Positions 9,537 to 21,276 of a stretch of 64,000 bases of DNA are shown one piece after another (positions within the stretch are counted from its first letter, which is position 1; the number at the start of each line of letters is the position of its first letter). The stretch lies in IMG/VR virus record IMGVR_UViG_3300021255_002539, positions 128,001 through 192,000 of that record; one strand, written 5' to 3'. The translations under genes and the position numbers were made by a program. This DNA is from a virus (lineage: Duplodnaviria > Caudoviricetes). The notes below the pieces were generated by a model that was not told the DNA's origin, did not search any database, and saw only the letters and a list, made by a program, of their open reading frames with translations.

Positions 9537-10637
9537 TCAACGTTGCAGATTCAACTTCATCTTGATGCCAAATGCCGATGTGATCAACTTCCCCAACAGC
9601 TTCTCGTTGGTGAACACATCAAGTCTGTTGGTCTTTTTGGCAAAGTCGTTCAAGTCCTTCACCCCAGCAGCATCCAGAATCTGGTACATGTCCAGGAACA
9701 GAAGGTTTGGGTTCTTGTCAGCATGCTTCAATGCAGACTGGATGCCAGCTTCGTCGTTGTCGAACGCCAGCACAATCTTGTGCCTTGGATAGCAGCTCTG
9801 AATCATCTTCTCCTGATAGTCAGTGAGGTTTCTGCCCCCCAACGCAACGCCATTCTTGACGAACAACGAGTCGAACACGCCCTCGGTGCATATGACATAT
9901 GGGAACGATATGTCCACATTGCCCAAGTTGAACACTGGCTTTGACTGGAAATTGATGTTCTCGTCCTTTGGGAAGATGTACTTGGTGGCTCCTTGACCAG
10001 ATATGTCGTACTTGTTGAAGTTCGCCAACTGGTGGTAGATTGTCCTGTCCTCCCAGATGTACTGAATCAGAACGAACTCCCTTCCAGTGATGTCGTACAT
10101 CGACATGAACATGTCCCGTTTGTCTAGAGGGATCAACCTGGAGTCCAGATAGGAACTGGCTTCCTTGGACAATGGCTTTGCCGCCCATCCCATGTCCAGA
10201 AGGTACTTGTACGACGGATTTGGGGACAATATCTCGAAGTCGGGCTCAATCCCTCCTCCACCAATGGTGGCATCCCCATTCTTCCTCTGCCTCCTCACTA
10301 TGCGGTCGAAGTTCAGAACCTTGTAGTCCTGTATGATTTGGTTGAACACATCCGGGGCGCATATCGCCTTGAGCAACGCATATCCAGTGAGGTTGGCTTC
10401 ACAGTTGAAGCAATGGTATGTCCCAGTCTTTCGGTAGAAGTATCCCCGCTTCTTCAGCTTGTTCTTCTTGGAGTCCCCACAAATTGGGCAGCGGAAGACA
10501 ATCTCGGAGTTGTTGCGGGTCTTGAGAGACGAGGCAGGAAGGTACTCCCATACCTTCCCGTCAACATAGTTTATCCAAGATGTGTCGTTGAAGTCAAACA
10601 CAGCACCAATGTCACATATTGTCCCCAGGATACACAA
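9537..10637 (-). CDS. DNA primase, T4 gp61-like
   Basis: Zn finger CPICGDS..CFNC and TOPRIM motifs EGVFD, FDND and KDLND. Likely start is GTG 10601. Confidence 0.9.
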   Translation of the reverse strand: MCILGTICDIGAVFDFNDTSWINYVDGKVWEYLPASSLKTRNNSEIVFRCPICGDSKKNKLKKRGYFYRKTGTYHCFNCEANLTGYALLKAICAPDVFNQIIQDYKVLNFDRIVRRQRKNGDATIGGGGIEPDFEILSPNPSYKYLLDMGWAAKPLSKEASSYLDSRLIPLDKRDMFMSMYDITGREFVLIQYIWEDRTIYHQLANFNKYDISGQGATKYIFPKDENINFQSKPVFNLGNVDISFPYVICTEGVFDSLFVKNGVALGGRNLTDYQEKMIQSCYPRHKIVLAFDNDEAGIQSALKHADKNPNLLFLDMYQILDAAGVKDLNDFAKKTNRLDVFTNEKLLGKLITSAFGIKMKLNLQR

Positions 10638-11367
10638 CGAACCTCACCGCGAACACCTCGTCACCATCCTTGTCCTCCATCGTTGTGGGGAAGCAATAGA
10701 TGTTGGTGTAGCCAGTGTCCTTGAGGTAGTCCTCAATCTCCTGAACCACAGTTGGAGATGCGTTTACCTTGCTGGTGATGTATCCAAGCTCGTCGATGGT
10801 CTCAATCTTGGGAAATGTCTTGCCCTCGTTGACCGCGATTGTCATGGCATTCGGCGCGACCTCTATGTTGGAGGTGTCGAACACGATGGGCTGGATGGTC
10901 TGAATGAGGAATGTGAGGCGGTTTGCGATGAATACTGATGGATCCTTCGCAGGTACAGGCTCATCCTCGTCTTCCTCAATGTGCTTGTTGGCGACATTCT
11001 CCCTCTCAGCAAGCTTCTTGTCAATGATGTCACCAAGAAGCTTCTCCAACCTCTCGTCCCCATTCTCCAGCATCTCCAAGATGGACTTGGGTTCAGGCTT
11101 GGGTTTGGGTTGGGATGGGGTCTGCGTCCACTCGGGAACATCAACATTCGTCCGAACTTCCTTGCGCCAAGTAGGTTCCTTGGTCGGCTGCTCGTTGGGA
11201 CTGACATCGCAGTTGTTGTCGGGGTTGCGACTTCTCCTCGGGAAATAGACCCGTGTATGCGCAATGCCATCGTCATCCACAATGCGATTCGTATTGCGTT
11301 TTCCAAACAGACGTTCGACCAGTTCGTCAAATGCGCCGGTTCCTACAAAGTCAAGACTGTCAATCAT
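10612..11367 (-). CDS. Hypothetical protein
   Basis: 251-aa ORF with a Pro-rich linker, abutting the primase. Confidence 0.65.
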   Translation of the reverse strand: MIDSLDFVGTGAFDELVERLFGKRNTNRIVDDDGIAHTRVYFPRRSRNPDNNCDVSPNEQPTKEPTWRKEVRTNVDVPEWTQTPSQPKPKPEPKSILEMLENGDERLEKLLGDIIDKKLAERENVANKHIEEDEDEPVPAKDPSVFIANRLTFLIQTIQPIVFDTSNIEVAPNAMTIAVNEGKTFPKIETIDELGYITSKVNASPTVVQEIEDYLKDTGYTNIYCFPTTMEDKDGDEVFAVRFVVYPGDNM

Positions 11368-11408
11368 CGTGTGTTTCCTTTCCCTATATTATACAACTTC
11401 TTGGTTGG

Positions 11409-12116
11409 TCAGTAAATAGTCGTGGTCTGTCCCTTGGAATCCTTGAACTGAATCTGCTTGGACTCGGAACCATACCACTCGGTCTCGTATTCCTCGCCAT
11501 AGCCCCTGTCCTCCAGGTTATCCACATTCACATAGGAATAGGTCAGCTTCTTCTTGCCCTTGAGGTAGTCAAGAACCTTCTGGCACTTGTCCTTGTTCTC
11601 GGCATAGTACGAGTAGCTGCGGGAGAAGATTGAAGACCTCTTGCCAGCGACATCACAGTGATACCAATCCTTGAAGTTGATCTCGGAAAGACCAAGCGAC
11701 CTCAGCTTCTTGTTGATGGCCAGGAACTCCTTGCACGGACGAATCAGAAGTATCTTCTTCGTGATGTTGTACTTGTTGTAGTACCCGCTGTACCAAGCAC
11801 TCCCAACCCACTTGCTTTCCTCCCGAACATCGCGGTACAGGATTTCGTTCTTCTTGAGCTTGAACTTCGCGCAAATGGCGTCAGCAATCTGACAGGTGAG
11901 AGAACCAAACGCCTCGTCTGAGAGCTCCCCAAAGTCAACCTCGTCCTTGTGGCCAGAATGGAAGATGGTATGGACACCATTGAACTTGCTGGAACTCACA
12001 TGGTTGAAGTTCTTCGTGATGGAGATTCCAGAAGCCTCATGGTCAGACTTGAACTCCTTGATGAGACTTTTGGCGACGAACGCCACCTTTTCCTCTGTCG
12101 TTGCTGACTTCTTCAT
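11409..12116 (-). CDS. Hypothetical early protein
   Basis: Long ORF in the early operon, with RBS. Confidence 0.7.
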   Translation of the reverse strand: MKKSATTEEKVAFVAKSLIKEFKSDHEASGISITKNFNHVSSSKFNGVHTIFHSGHKDEVDFGELSDEAFGSLTCQIADAICAKFKLKKNEILYRDVREESKWVGSAWYSGYYNKYNITKKILLIRPCKEFLAINKKLRSLGLSEINFKDWYHCDVAGKRSSIFSRSYSYYAENKDKCQKVLDYLKGKKKLTYSYVNVDNLEDRGYGEEYETEWYGSESKQIQFKDSKGQTTTIY

Positions 12117-12142
12117 ATGTCTCAATCCTTCTTGTTTTGTTG

Positions 12143-12418
12143 TTAATGAATTTCGTTGTAGGTATGGCCAGCAGAATTGACCGCTATTCCAAGTTTGTCT
12201 GCGGAAACGCCCTTAATCCTCTCGTCTCCATAGGCTGATGCTATTTCATACCGCCCATTGTCGTCATCGACAACCCAATAGGGTGTCCATTCATAAGTGG
12301 AATCGTCGAACTTGAAGACCAACTGCCCAACAGACACCTTGTCCTTGAAGACCAAAGAGTTTCTACCGGACATTGACCACTGAAGTTCATCCCATGCCTT
12401 TGAACCTGGTATTGTCAT
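12143..12418 (-). CDS. Hypothetical protein
   Basis: GGAG RBS and ATG (MTIPGSK). Confidence 0.55.
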   Translation of the reverse strand: MTIPGSKAWDELQWSMSGRNSLVFKDKVSVGQLVFKFDDSTYEWTPYWVVDDDNGRYEIASAYGDERIKGVSADKLGIAVNSAGHTYNEIH

Positions 12419-12432
12419 TTCTACTCCTCCCA

Positions 12433-12711
12433 TCAACCAACCTTGACCTCGACAATCTTCGCCTTGAAGTACCAATCGTCCAGACCATTCTTGGCAGTGA
12501 CAATCACGCCCTCGGTCCCATCATCGTCCTTGTACTGCTCTGGGGCAAGGTAGTCGCCACACGCCAGACCATAGTTGTCAAGCTCGTCGTCGCAAAGCTC
12601 GAAGCAACGAACCAGAGCCTCGTCCTTGGTGTCGAAGTCGGTGATGACCTCCCTACCGGATTCAGTGGGATAGAGCCACTCGGCAACCACGATGTAGTAT
12701 TTGCTGCCCAT
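12433..12711 (-). CDS. Hypothetical protein
   Basis: AAGGAG RBS and ATG (MGSKYY). Confidence 0.6.
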   Translation of the reverse strand: MGSKYYIVVAEWLYPTESGREVITDFDTKDEALVRCFELCDDELDNYGLACGDYLAPEQYKDDDGTEGVIVTAKNGLDDWYFKAKIVEVKVG

Positions 12712-12722
12712 GTCGTTCTCCT

Positions 12723-13040
12723 TTACTTCCAAGAGATGATCAAGCTTGTGTTGCCATATCCATTGGGCGAAAGCCAATTCTTTTGTCTTGCAGAGAAGCC
12801 TTCACGGGAATAGTGCCGAATTGCCGCTTCTATCGAGGGGCCGCCATACCTATCACCAAGCACAGCCTCTTTGGTGTAGTAGTAGTTTGGTGACACCTCG
12901 CTCTCGCCATCTGCCGCAGCTTTCTCTATCATCTTGTCGATATGGCGGCGAAGCGCGCTGTCATTGAATTCCCTGTCTTCAATCGCTTCCTTGGAAGCAC
13001 GAGCGGTAGCGGTTTGGCTACGAAGTTCAGTAATGTTCAT
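12723..13040 (-). CDS. Hypothetical early protein
   Basis: First gene after the early promoter at 13080-13109; AAGGAG RBS. Confidence 0.65.
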   Translation of the reverse strand: MNITELRSQTATARASKEAIEDREFNDSALRRHIDKMIEKAAADGESEVSPNYYYTKEAVLGDRYGGPSIEAAIRHYSREGFSARQKNWLSPNGYGNTSLIISWK

Positions 13041-13070
13041 TGTCGTTCTCCTTGTTTCCTTGTCTCTCAC

Positions 13071-13115
13071 AACACCTATATTATAGCATATTCAGTGGTC
13101 AGATGTCAATACCCC
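13071..13115 (-). promoter_or_regulatory. Early promoter
   Basis: TTGACA 13104-13109, 18-bp spacer, TATAAT 13080-13085, same leader. Confidence 0.85.
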
Positions 13116-13129
13116 TTGGGGCAGAAACA

Positions 13130-13573
13130 TCAAGAGGCGAACTTCAGAACCCACTTGCAAAACCAGGAGTCGTCCTCCCAATCCTCAGCAATTTCGTCGT
13201 CGAACTCGTCGTCCGGGTCGTATGTGTTTGCCTTGACTTCGCTCGTAGAGACGGTTCGTGGTGATGCTGGCTCCCCATCAACATCGTAAATTTGCCTATC
13301 GTCCTCGTCTCCCTCAACTGTACCAATCTTCACGACTGCAGGCTTGTCAAGCATCTCCTCGGGGAGGCACTTCTCAATCTTCTCAACAATCAGCCCAACA
13401 TCAAGTCCCTCGTCGTCGTGCTGTCCAAGATGGAGAACGCCGTCATTGAACCAAATGTATTGAATTCCCCAACAAGGGGCTTCTGCTCCTTCCGCATAGG
13501 GCATTACTGCCGAGCACTGGTCGTCATAGTCCTTGAGCGACTTGATGAGTTCTCTGAATGTAAGATTGTTCAT
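13130..13573 (-). CDS. Hypothetical acidic early protein
   Basis: 147 aa with AGGAG RBS, after the promoter at 13636-13665. Confidence 0.65.
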   Translation of the reverse strand: MNNLTFRELIKSLKDYDDQCSAVMPYAEGAEAPCWGIQYIWFNDGVLHLGQHDDEGLDVGLIVEKIEKCLPEEMLDKPAVVKIGTVEGDEDDRQIYDVDGEPASPRTVSTSEVKANTYDPDDEFDDEIAEDWEDDSWFCKWVLKFAS

Positions 13574-13624
13574 TTCTCTGCTCCTTGTTATGATTTAGGC
13601 GTTGCTCAAGACCCTTTGTCTCTC

Positions 13625-13671
13625 ACAACACCCATATTATATCATATTCCAATTTCGGATGTCAATACCCC
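13625..13671 (-). promoter_or_regulatory. Early promoter
   Basis: TTGACA 13660-13665, 18-bp spacer, TATAAT 13636-13641. Confidence 0.85.
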
Positions 13672-13679
13672 TTGGGAGA

Positions 13680-14723
13680 TTACTTCTTGACGAGAACATG
13701 CATCCTCTCGTCGTTGTTGGAAAACATCAGTTTTCCACCATCCTCGTATTCGCCACCATTCGCTGCCCCATGGCATCGCTTTTTGTTGGTCATTGCCTCA
13801 ACGCAGACATGCTCAAACCCAATCTTCAGAGACTCGTAGAGGAAATCGCGCTCCAGTGGGTATATCTCGTTGGTCTTGTAGTCCCGGAACGACTTGACAT
13901 TGAATATGAAGTAGCCACCTTTGACGAGATACCTATGGCAGTTCTCCACAGTCTGGGGAATGAACCCATCTCGCCATTCATGATATGTCATTCCCTTCTT
14001 GTACGACTGCTCTTCCCCAATGCCATAGTCCTCAAGGGAGAAGTATGGTGGACTTGAGAAGCACAATCCCATCTTGTCCTCCCACTCGGGGACGAACACC
14101 TGGCTTCCCTGGCATCTGATGTCGCAAGTGGATGTGTTGTTAGCATTCACCCTCTTGTAGTCGTTGAACAGTGCATTCAACTGTGGAACCAGTTCAGTAT
14201 TGGGATCGGTGCCGAAGTAGTTGACATTGTTCTGAAGGGCGGCAAGCAACCTCGACCCCCATCCACACGAGTAGTCGTAGTAGTTGCCATTGACATTGTA
14301 CTTCTTCACTATCGAGGACGCCACCTTCATCGGAAAGTTTGGGAGCTTCACGCAATACCGTATTCCACACAACCTGAAGGCGGTCTCAATCTTCTTCGAC
14401 AAGGACATTGAATCTGGGAACACCTTCTTGTTGTCAGCAACCTTTCCCGCGAAGTACTCCATTATCTCCTTGTTGTGAATGCCATCCCAGATGGACCAGG
14501 ACGCCCTGGTACCCACGCACTTGGACATCACTTCCTTGAAGTAGAAGTCGTAGACGACATTCATCTTGGTCTTGCCTGAGGCAATGGTCTTCAGTTGCTT
14601 CTCCACCAGACCGAAGTCAGGCTTGGTGTAGTATTCCCTCGCAATTGACTCGAACTCCTCGTCCGTGAGGAGCTTCGAAATGGACGAGTTCTGGGAGATG
14701 CCCTTGTATGTTATCAATGCCAT
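13680..14723 (-). CDS. DNA amino-methyltransferase (N4-C/N6-A)
   Basis: SAM motif YDYSCGWGSRL and catalytic FSSPPYF. Confidence 0.8.
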   Translation of the reverse strand: MALITYKGISQNSSISKLLTDEEFESIAREYYTKPDFGLVEKQLKTIASGKTKMNVVYDFYFKEVMSKCVGTRASWSIWDGIHNKEIMEYFAGKVADNKKVFPDSMSLSKKIETAFRLCGIRYCVKLPNFPMKVASSIVKKYNVNGNYYDYSCGWGSRLLAALQNNVNYFGTDPNTELVPQLNALFNDYKRVNANNTSTCDIRCQGSQVFVPEWEDKMGLCFSSPPYFSLEDYGIGEEQSYKKGMTYHEWRDGFIPQTVENCHRYLVKGGYFIFNVKSFRDYKTNEIYPLERDFLYESLKIGFEHVCVEAMTNKKRCHGAANGGEYEDGGKLMFSNNDERMHVLVKK

Positions 14724-14801
14724 GACATGATCATTATACGACAAATGCCAACCCAATAATGGAGTCGGCATTGTCTATTTGCGCCATCTGAAATGGTCAA
14801 A

Positions 14802-15179
14802 TTACTTCGCGAGTGGATCAAATCCACCAGTTGGTTCACCCATCGCTGGCTTCGGTGGTTCAGTTGCAACTGGCTTGTCCGATGTTGCGTTGATGTTCTC
14901 GCTCAGCTTGAACATTGCCAACCGCTTGGACATGTTCATCAGGGCGATATCTGATTGCACGGAACGTACCAAAACTCCGGAATAAGCGTCCAAAAATTTC
15001 GAAAAATTCAAAAATTCGGCCGGTATGTCCGAAAGTCCGATGACCTCATAGAACTTCTTGATGAACTCCTGCTCGAACTGCTTGAACTTCGCCTCGTCTG
15101 AGCCAAAGCCCGTGGACTTTGCGATTTCAAGTGCTGTCGCGCTCATGTCGACCTTGTTGTTTTGTGCTGCTTCTGCCAT
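14802..15179 (-). CDS. Hypothetical protein
   Basis: 125 aa downstream of CGTATAAT at 15215-15222. Confidence 0.6.
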   Translation of the reverse strand: MAEAAQNNKVDMSATALEIAKSTGFGSDEAKFKQFEQEFIKKFYEVIGLSDIPAEFLNFSKFLDAYSGVLVRSVQSDIALMNMSKRLAMFKLSENINATSDKPVATEPPKPAMGEPTGGFDPLAK

Positions 15180-15234
15180 AGTTTGTTTCCTTTTTGTATG
15201 TGTATCTTGTTTTAATTATACGCGGATTCCCTTG

Positions 15235-15642
15235 TCAGAAATCCAATCCCCTATGCCAATCCACGATTTCGTAGTTGGACATCAGATGCTTGTGGTCAAC
15301 GACATCCACATAGAAGTTGTTGAGTAGGTCTGCCTTGATGACCACCCAATCCCTCGGGCGAATGACCAACTTCTCGGGTGGATAGACCTCGGTGTTCAGT
15401 TTCCCAGGAAGGGTGAACACTGAATCCCTGGTGCAGTACTTGCGGAGGGTGGCATCAGAGAACTTGCCCTTCTCGGTCCACTCCTTGACATCTGGCTTCG
15501 GGAAGTCCAGGTTTTCGATGCCTATCATCCCAATGATGTCGTTGATGTCGTTGTATGAACCAGTGAACTGGATGGCAGGATAGGGTTCCGTGAATCCAAT
15601 CCTGTCCTTTTCCCTGTGCTGAATTGCCTTTACCTTGCCCAT
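15235..15642 (-). CDS. Hypothetical protein
   Basis: ATG immediately after the uvsX stop, with GGAGG RBS. Confidence 0.6.
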   Translation of the reverse strand: MGKVKAIQHREKDRIGFTEPYPAIQFTGSYNDINDIIGMIGIENLDFPKPDVKEWTEKGKFSDATLRKYCTRDSVFTLPGKLNTEVYPPEKLVIRPRDWVVIKADLLNNFYVDVVDHKHLMSNYEIVDWHRGLDF

Positions 15643-15643
15643 G

Positions 15644-16834
15644 TCACTTGACCTCCTTTTCGTCGTTGTCAGACTCGACCACCAACTGCTTCTGCTTTTC
15701 CTTGGCACCCTTCACAGCAGACTCAATCTCTGCCAGGTCGTCCTCGGAACGCGAAGTGTACGCCATCTTCTTGGCAGACTCCTCGTTGAACTTCTCGATG
15801 AAGGTGTCCCAGATTTCGTCCTTGGAGACCAGCTCCTTGTAGGTAACTCTGGTGTCCTTGTAGGTTGGCACGATGTAGCCACCCCGAACCTCCTGGATGA
15901 AGCCATACTTCACGGCGTCCTGGATGATGCCATCGTACTTGGAGATGCCGGTATCGAAGTCAATGAACACATCAGCCTCGAACGCGGGCTTGATTACACG
16001 GTTCTTGGTGCAGAAGAAGCGCATCCTGTTGCCCTTGTAGAAGCCAACGTGACCACCATCGGACTCCTTGCCTGTTGCGAACTCCGTGTCACCATCCTTG
16101 ACCATCAACTTGGAGGCCTGGAGAATGACATGCGAAGCGTACTCAATTCCCTGACCACCAGCCATGTTGTGAATCTTGGAGGGATACATCTGACCAGGAT
16201 TGGAATATTCATGGTTGATTACGATGAGGGAGCAATTGGAGACCACCACGCGCATCATAAGGGTGCGAATGAGGGCGTTCCTGGTCTTGGCGGCCATACC
16301 CTGGTCAGCAACCATCTTGTCCTTGTCAACTGCGTCAGAGACGACCTTGGACGAGGCGAGACCACCAAAGGAATCCAGCACGACGATGTACTTCGGCTCG
16401 TCGTTGTTACTAGGATCCTTCTCCCATTCCTTGTGGGCTTGTACCAAGCTTTCGTAGATGTTGACGAGCTTCACGCAAGCATCCTCGGCGTCAAGAACAG
16501 GGACATACTCGACCTTTTCAAGATCGACCCCGAAGTTCTGGAGCAACTGAGTGCCACCACCCTCTGAATCCACCCAGAAGCAGCCATCAATCTGGCCAGC
16601 CTTGAGCGCGTTTGCAACGACCTGAGCAGCGATAAGCGACTTGCCCGACTGCGAAGGTCCATATACTGTAGTGATTCGCCCACGGGGAACACCCTTGTGA
16701 ACATCTCCTGTTATTACTCTGTTGAGTGCATACGAGCCTGTGCTGTAGAACTCATGGACAATGGCATCGGCATCTGCCGCCGTTCCTGTGTCGTTTTTCT
16801 TCCTCAAACCCTTGAGGAGGTCTTTTGCTTTCAT
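15644..16834 (-). CDS. uvsX: UvsX/RecA-like recombinase
   Basis: STGSYALN, Walker A GPSQSGKS, DSE, IVVLDS, INH, GGQG..Y and KNR. Confidence 0.92.
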   Translation of the reverse strand: MKAKDLLKGLRKKNDTGTAADADAIVHEFYSTGSYALNRVITGDVHKGVPRGRITTVYGPSQSGKSLIAAQVVANALKAGQIDGCFWVDSEGGGTQLLQNFGVDLEKVEYVPVLDAEDACVKLVNIYESLVQAHKEWEKDPSNNDEPKYIVVLDSFGGLASSKVVSDAVDKDKMVADQGMAAKTRNALIRTLMMRVVVSNCSLIVINHEYSNPGQMYPSKIHNMAGGQGIEYASHVILQASKLMVKDGDTEFATGKESDGGHVGFYKGNRMRFFCTKNRVIKPAFEADVFIDFDTGISKYDGIIQDAVKYGFIQEVRGGYIVPTYKDTRVTYKELVSKDEIWDTFIEKFNEESAKKMAYTSRSEDDLAEIESAVKGAKEKQKQLVVESDNDEKEVK

Positions 16835-16953
16835 CTTGTTTCCTTTAATTGATGAAAGTGATGTGGGTATCGCAACCCACGAATTGGTTGTTCGCGCCCT
16901 ATGCGTGAACCACATAATCAATTATACGAAAACCTCTGGAAAGATTAAACTGT

Positions 16954-19900
16954 TCAACCAACTTCCGAATATCCCGAATTGGCGTCTGGTACTGGCGTGG
17001 TCTGTTCGCTTCCTGGGTCTCCACCAGCAACAGCAACTGCAACGGGCATGCCATTCTTGTTCCTGTCCTTGAGCTTGTTGGTCTCTGTGGCAAGTCCCTG
17101 GCGCATCACTTCAAGTCCATCCCTTACTGCATATATGGTCTTCGCGCTCTGTAGAAGCGAACCTGCAGCCTGCATCGCCTTGTCAAGTGGGATCATCACT
17201 GGTCCTTCCTCAGAGACCTCTATTCCATATTGCGCAAGTTCCTCCACCGACATTGGAGACCTCGCGCTCCAGTCAATCTTGCGCTGCTTGCGTTCGACAC
17301 CCAATGGTATCCTCTTTATGCCATCCTCTGGCATTCCATGCATCTTTCTGTAGTACCTCTACCACTCCTCCCATGTATACTTCCGCAATCCTGCCTTTTC
17401 CAACTCTTCCTCGCTTTTGCCACGGGCCTGGAGTTCCCTTCTCTTCTCCATGTGCGCATACCATGCCTTCTACATGGCGGCGGTGTCCTCCCCAATCTTC
17501 ACCTCTATGAAGCCGTCGCTTGATATCTTCGCGGAGTAGTCCAATATCTCCTGTTCGCGCTTCCTTTGGCGGTCCTCCTCTTCCTTCTTGGCTTGCTCCT
17601 CCATCCTCTTCTTGCGGATGCGCTCGGCTGCGGCCTTGTCTTGCGCATTCAGTTCCAGTGCCAGTTCGTCTTCGTTGATGACCACAGACTTGTTCATCTC
17701 AACCCACTCTGGGGAGAACATGTACAAATCCTTCTGGAGTCCATTCGTGGCTACCTGCAATATCGTTGGCCGCTCTCCGACATTGAATCCAAGTCCTGCC
17801 TTCTGCCCCTGGTTGTGGTACGCAGACACCATCTTGGACAACCTGAGCGCAGAACTCCGCTTTGCATTGTCCTCCCTCTCCTTCTGAAGTTGCTCTGGGG
17901 TCTTTGGGTGGATTTCCCTGTATTGCCTCTTGAACTCATCGAATGTCATGGACTGATACCCCATTCCAGACACCTGTTGCTCTGTATGACCTGTGGCAAG
18001 CAAGCTCCTGCGCTTCTCCTGATGCTCGTAGTACTTCTTGAGCAAATCTTCGTCGGCGTTGATTGTGTCTTCTGGCACTGGTGGATTCGATCCTGGTGGC
18101 AGGACAACTTGACCAACCTTGTCTTGGTTCTCCTGCTTCTCCTTCTCGGTTGGTTCCTTGGAGACGAATTCGCTGTCCTGCACATCCACTTGGCCAGAGG
18201 GTGTTGTCTTCACTTCCTTGAACTCAAACAGCTTGTTGGTGTCCAGCTCGTCCTCCCCAGTGACGCTTTTGATTCGCTTCGTCTTCGCGTCCCCCTGGGA
18301 AATCTGGTTGAACGACTGCCTTGATGTCTGCTTGTCGAACAGGTTACCCTTGTTTAGCTTTTCTATGTACTTCGTCACATCCGCCATTCCACTCGATACG
18401 ACATCCTTGTTGCTTCTGTCGTACTTCACTATCTTGTCCGCAAAGTCCTGAAGTACATCGCCCTGGTTGTTGATGATGTTCGACCGTTCCTTGTTCAATT
18501 GATCAAACGCCTCAATCAATGTCTTGAATGCCTCTTCGTCGTCACGGTCGGGGTCAGACATCATGGACCGTATGTTGTCCAGGAACTGACCTATGTAGGA
18601 CGATGGCATCAACATCACTGTCTGTCCATCTTGTGGGTTGTAGTAGAAGAACGCCGACAGAAGTCTCTGGGAGTTGTCTGGATCCTCCAACAACTGCCTC
18701 AATATCTGTTGCGCCGCTATTGGGCCAGTGCTGCCCAACTCCCACACATCCTCCAGGAACTGGTTGTAGTTCTCAACCTGTTGGGAGTTGTACTGGTACA
18801 GCTCGTTCATCGCCTCAATCTTCTTCGCTATGTCCCCACCTGCCTTGTTCGCGTATATCCTCTGATACTCCTGGAAGAACTTCAAGTTGTCCTGAACAGT
18901 ACCCTTCATCTGCAGACCCCTTACGGCAATCCTGGTCTGCCTCGCCTGCTCGCTGTTCCTCTCGGTTGGATCCTCCTGAAGCGTCTCGTTGTTCACTCCC
19001 CTGAATGCCTGACCAGAGAATATGCCCTTGATCTGCGCCCATATATCCTTCCATGGTGCGGTTATCGCGTCTATTATCCCACCAAAGTCGCCCTTTATCA
19101 GCTTCATGAAGCCGCCCGCCAGACTTCTCCACAGGGCAGTACCCAGGTTGCCTATCAGCTTTCCAACAGCAGTTATCGCATTCACTATACCCATCACAAT
19201 CTTCATGAACTTCGTGTCCCTTATCCAATGCCAGAGCTTTATGCAGAGGCCAGCAATCATGTGTATTGCCATTCCAAGCCAATCACCAGCCAGGAACATG
19301 CACAGAACGTCGATACTGCTCTTGCCCGTCGCCTTGAGCATCTTCTTGATTCCAGCCTTGATCATCCCAATGAACTTTATGCCCCACACTATGAACTTCA
19401 CTATTATGCCCTTTGGGTTCGTTATCCAACCCACGACCTTGACCAGGGCGGCTCCAACCATCTTCGTTATCTCCCATATGGCAGAGAACAGCTTCACCGC
19501 TCCAGACACGAACCCAGACACCATTGGCACGATGTAGTCCCTGAAGCCACCAACGAGGGTCTGCATCCACCCCAACAACTTGTCCTTGAACAAGAAGAAG
19601 ATGCCACCTATGATGAGCGCAATCGTCAAGGGGTTGAACAAAACCCGCTTGAATAGACCCCAAGTTGACTTCAAAACCTTCTTCGTCTGATGGACTATCG
19701 CAGAAATTGCCGACAGAATCCTGTCCACGGTCGACGAGACAAGCCACTTCATGAAGTTGATTGGAGCCATCACAATTCCACCCACAAATCCAAACACTGT
19801 CGTCAATATGGTCGCAATTGGCCTGAGGATGAACCGATATGCCTTGTCGATGGCACCAGCACCTATTATCTTCATCCAGTTGCCAACCTTGTTGACGAAC

Positions 19901-21276
19901 TTGCCCATGAAGCCAAACAACCTGGCGAAGAACTGAAATGCGTTGAACGCCAGCTTCTTGATTCCAGCCCACAGCTTCTTGCCAACGAACTTAATTGCCT
20001 TCCACCCCATCTTCGTCACGAATACTGCAGGATTGAACTTGCTTGCCGCTGTTATCAAAGCCTGGCCAATTCCAATCTTCCTGACTGTGCCTATTGCGGA
20101 CTTCACGCCCCTGCCAACAGCCTTTGCTGCCCCAATCGCCGCCTTCCCAACGAACACTGAGGCCTTGACAAATGCCTTGGCAACAAACTTCACTGTCTTG
20201 TAGATTGCCTTTACAGTCTTCTTGATGGCCCGACCAACCTTCTTCATGACACCCAACGCGAACTGAAGTGCCTTCTTTACTGCACGATACGCCTTCCCGA
20301 TGAATGACCGCGAAATCTTGTTCTTGATTCCAGTGGACATGCCACCAATCTTCTGCCCAATTGATGACTTCTGCCTCTTTTTGCCAAAAACCTGCTTTCT
20401 GTTTCTGACACCAAATGGATTCACACCAATCTTCGACTTTCCTGATGTCATCTTGTCGTCCTTTGCGAGTACACCAGACCACTTGTTGTCGAACACCAAA
20501 CCACCAGTCTTTTGCCTCTGACGCCCACCTTCAAGGTCTCCATTTACCTTGTCCACCAATGTCTTTACCCCAGAAACAGTGGTTGCCATCTACTGACCTT
20601 GACCTCTGCGCCTGTCATTGAGTTCGCCTATACGGTGGTTGAGGGCGTCTATCTGCTCCTGGAGTTGGGTCTTTGTGCTCTATACCTGCTCGTCGAACTT
20701 CTGGATTGTGTCTTGGTTGTCCTTGATTCTGTCCACGAGGGTGGTTATCTGATGGTCGCGCCTCAGATACTCGCTCTGCTCGTCCAGTTGCTTCACTTGA
20801 CCATCGACATCAGAGAATATCCTGAATATCTATGCCCTCTGGGTCTTCAACAGGGCGATTGCCTATGTCACCCTGTCAACAATCTCCCGGTGTTCCTGCG
20901 TAGACACGGCCTCAACAACCTCAACCTTCGGCTGGTCAGATGTGGTCTTGCCATTCTGATTCTTGAACACACACCCTCTTTTCACTAGTTCGTCAGCAAC
21001 CCAATTGGTGAACTTGTTCTCGTCCAACTTGTCAGAAAGCAGTTTCTTGATGTTGTCGTAGAGGATGTTGGTCAGAACATCTTTGTTGAAGTCCAGATTC
21101 TGCTCGAACTACTTCGATGCGAACTATACGCAGTTGTCGACGAGCTGGCATATCAGTTCGTCTATTCGCCACTTGTGGTTCTGCCCATTCCCATTCTTGA
21201 CCGCGTCAGCAGTCTGTTGCGACGGCTGTGCGTCGTTCATGGGGTGGCGCTGCGTTATCTTGCTGTCCTGGTTCAT
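16954..21276 (-). CDS. Tape-measure-like tail protein (1440 aa, 8 TAG read as Gln)
   Basis: One frame from ATG 21276 to TGA 16954, interrupted only by TAG at 21124, 21109, 20863, 20830, 20680, 20590, 17470 and 17359. Long amphipathic/hydrophobic helical region; GTAAATA at 21283-21289. Confidence 0.7.
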
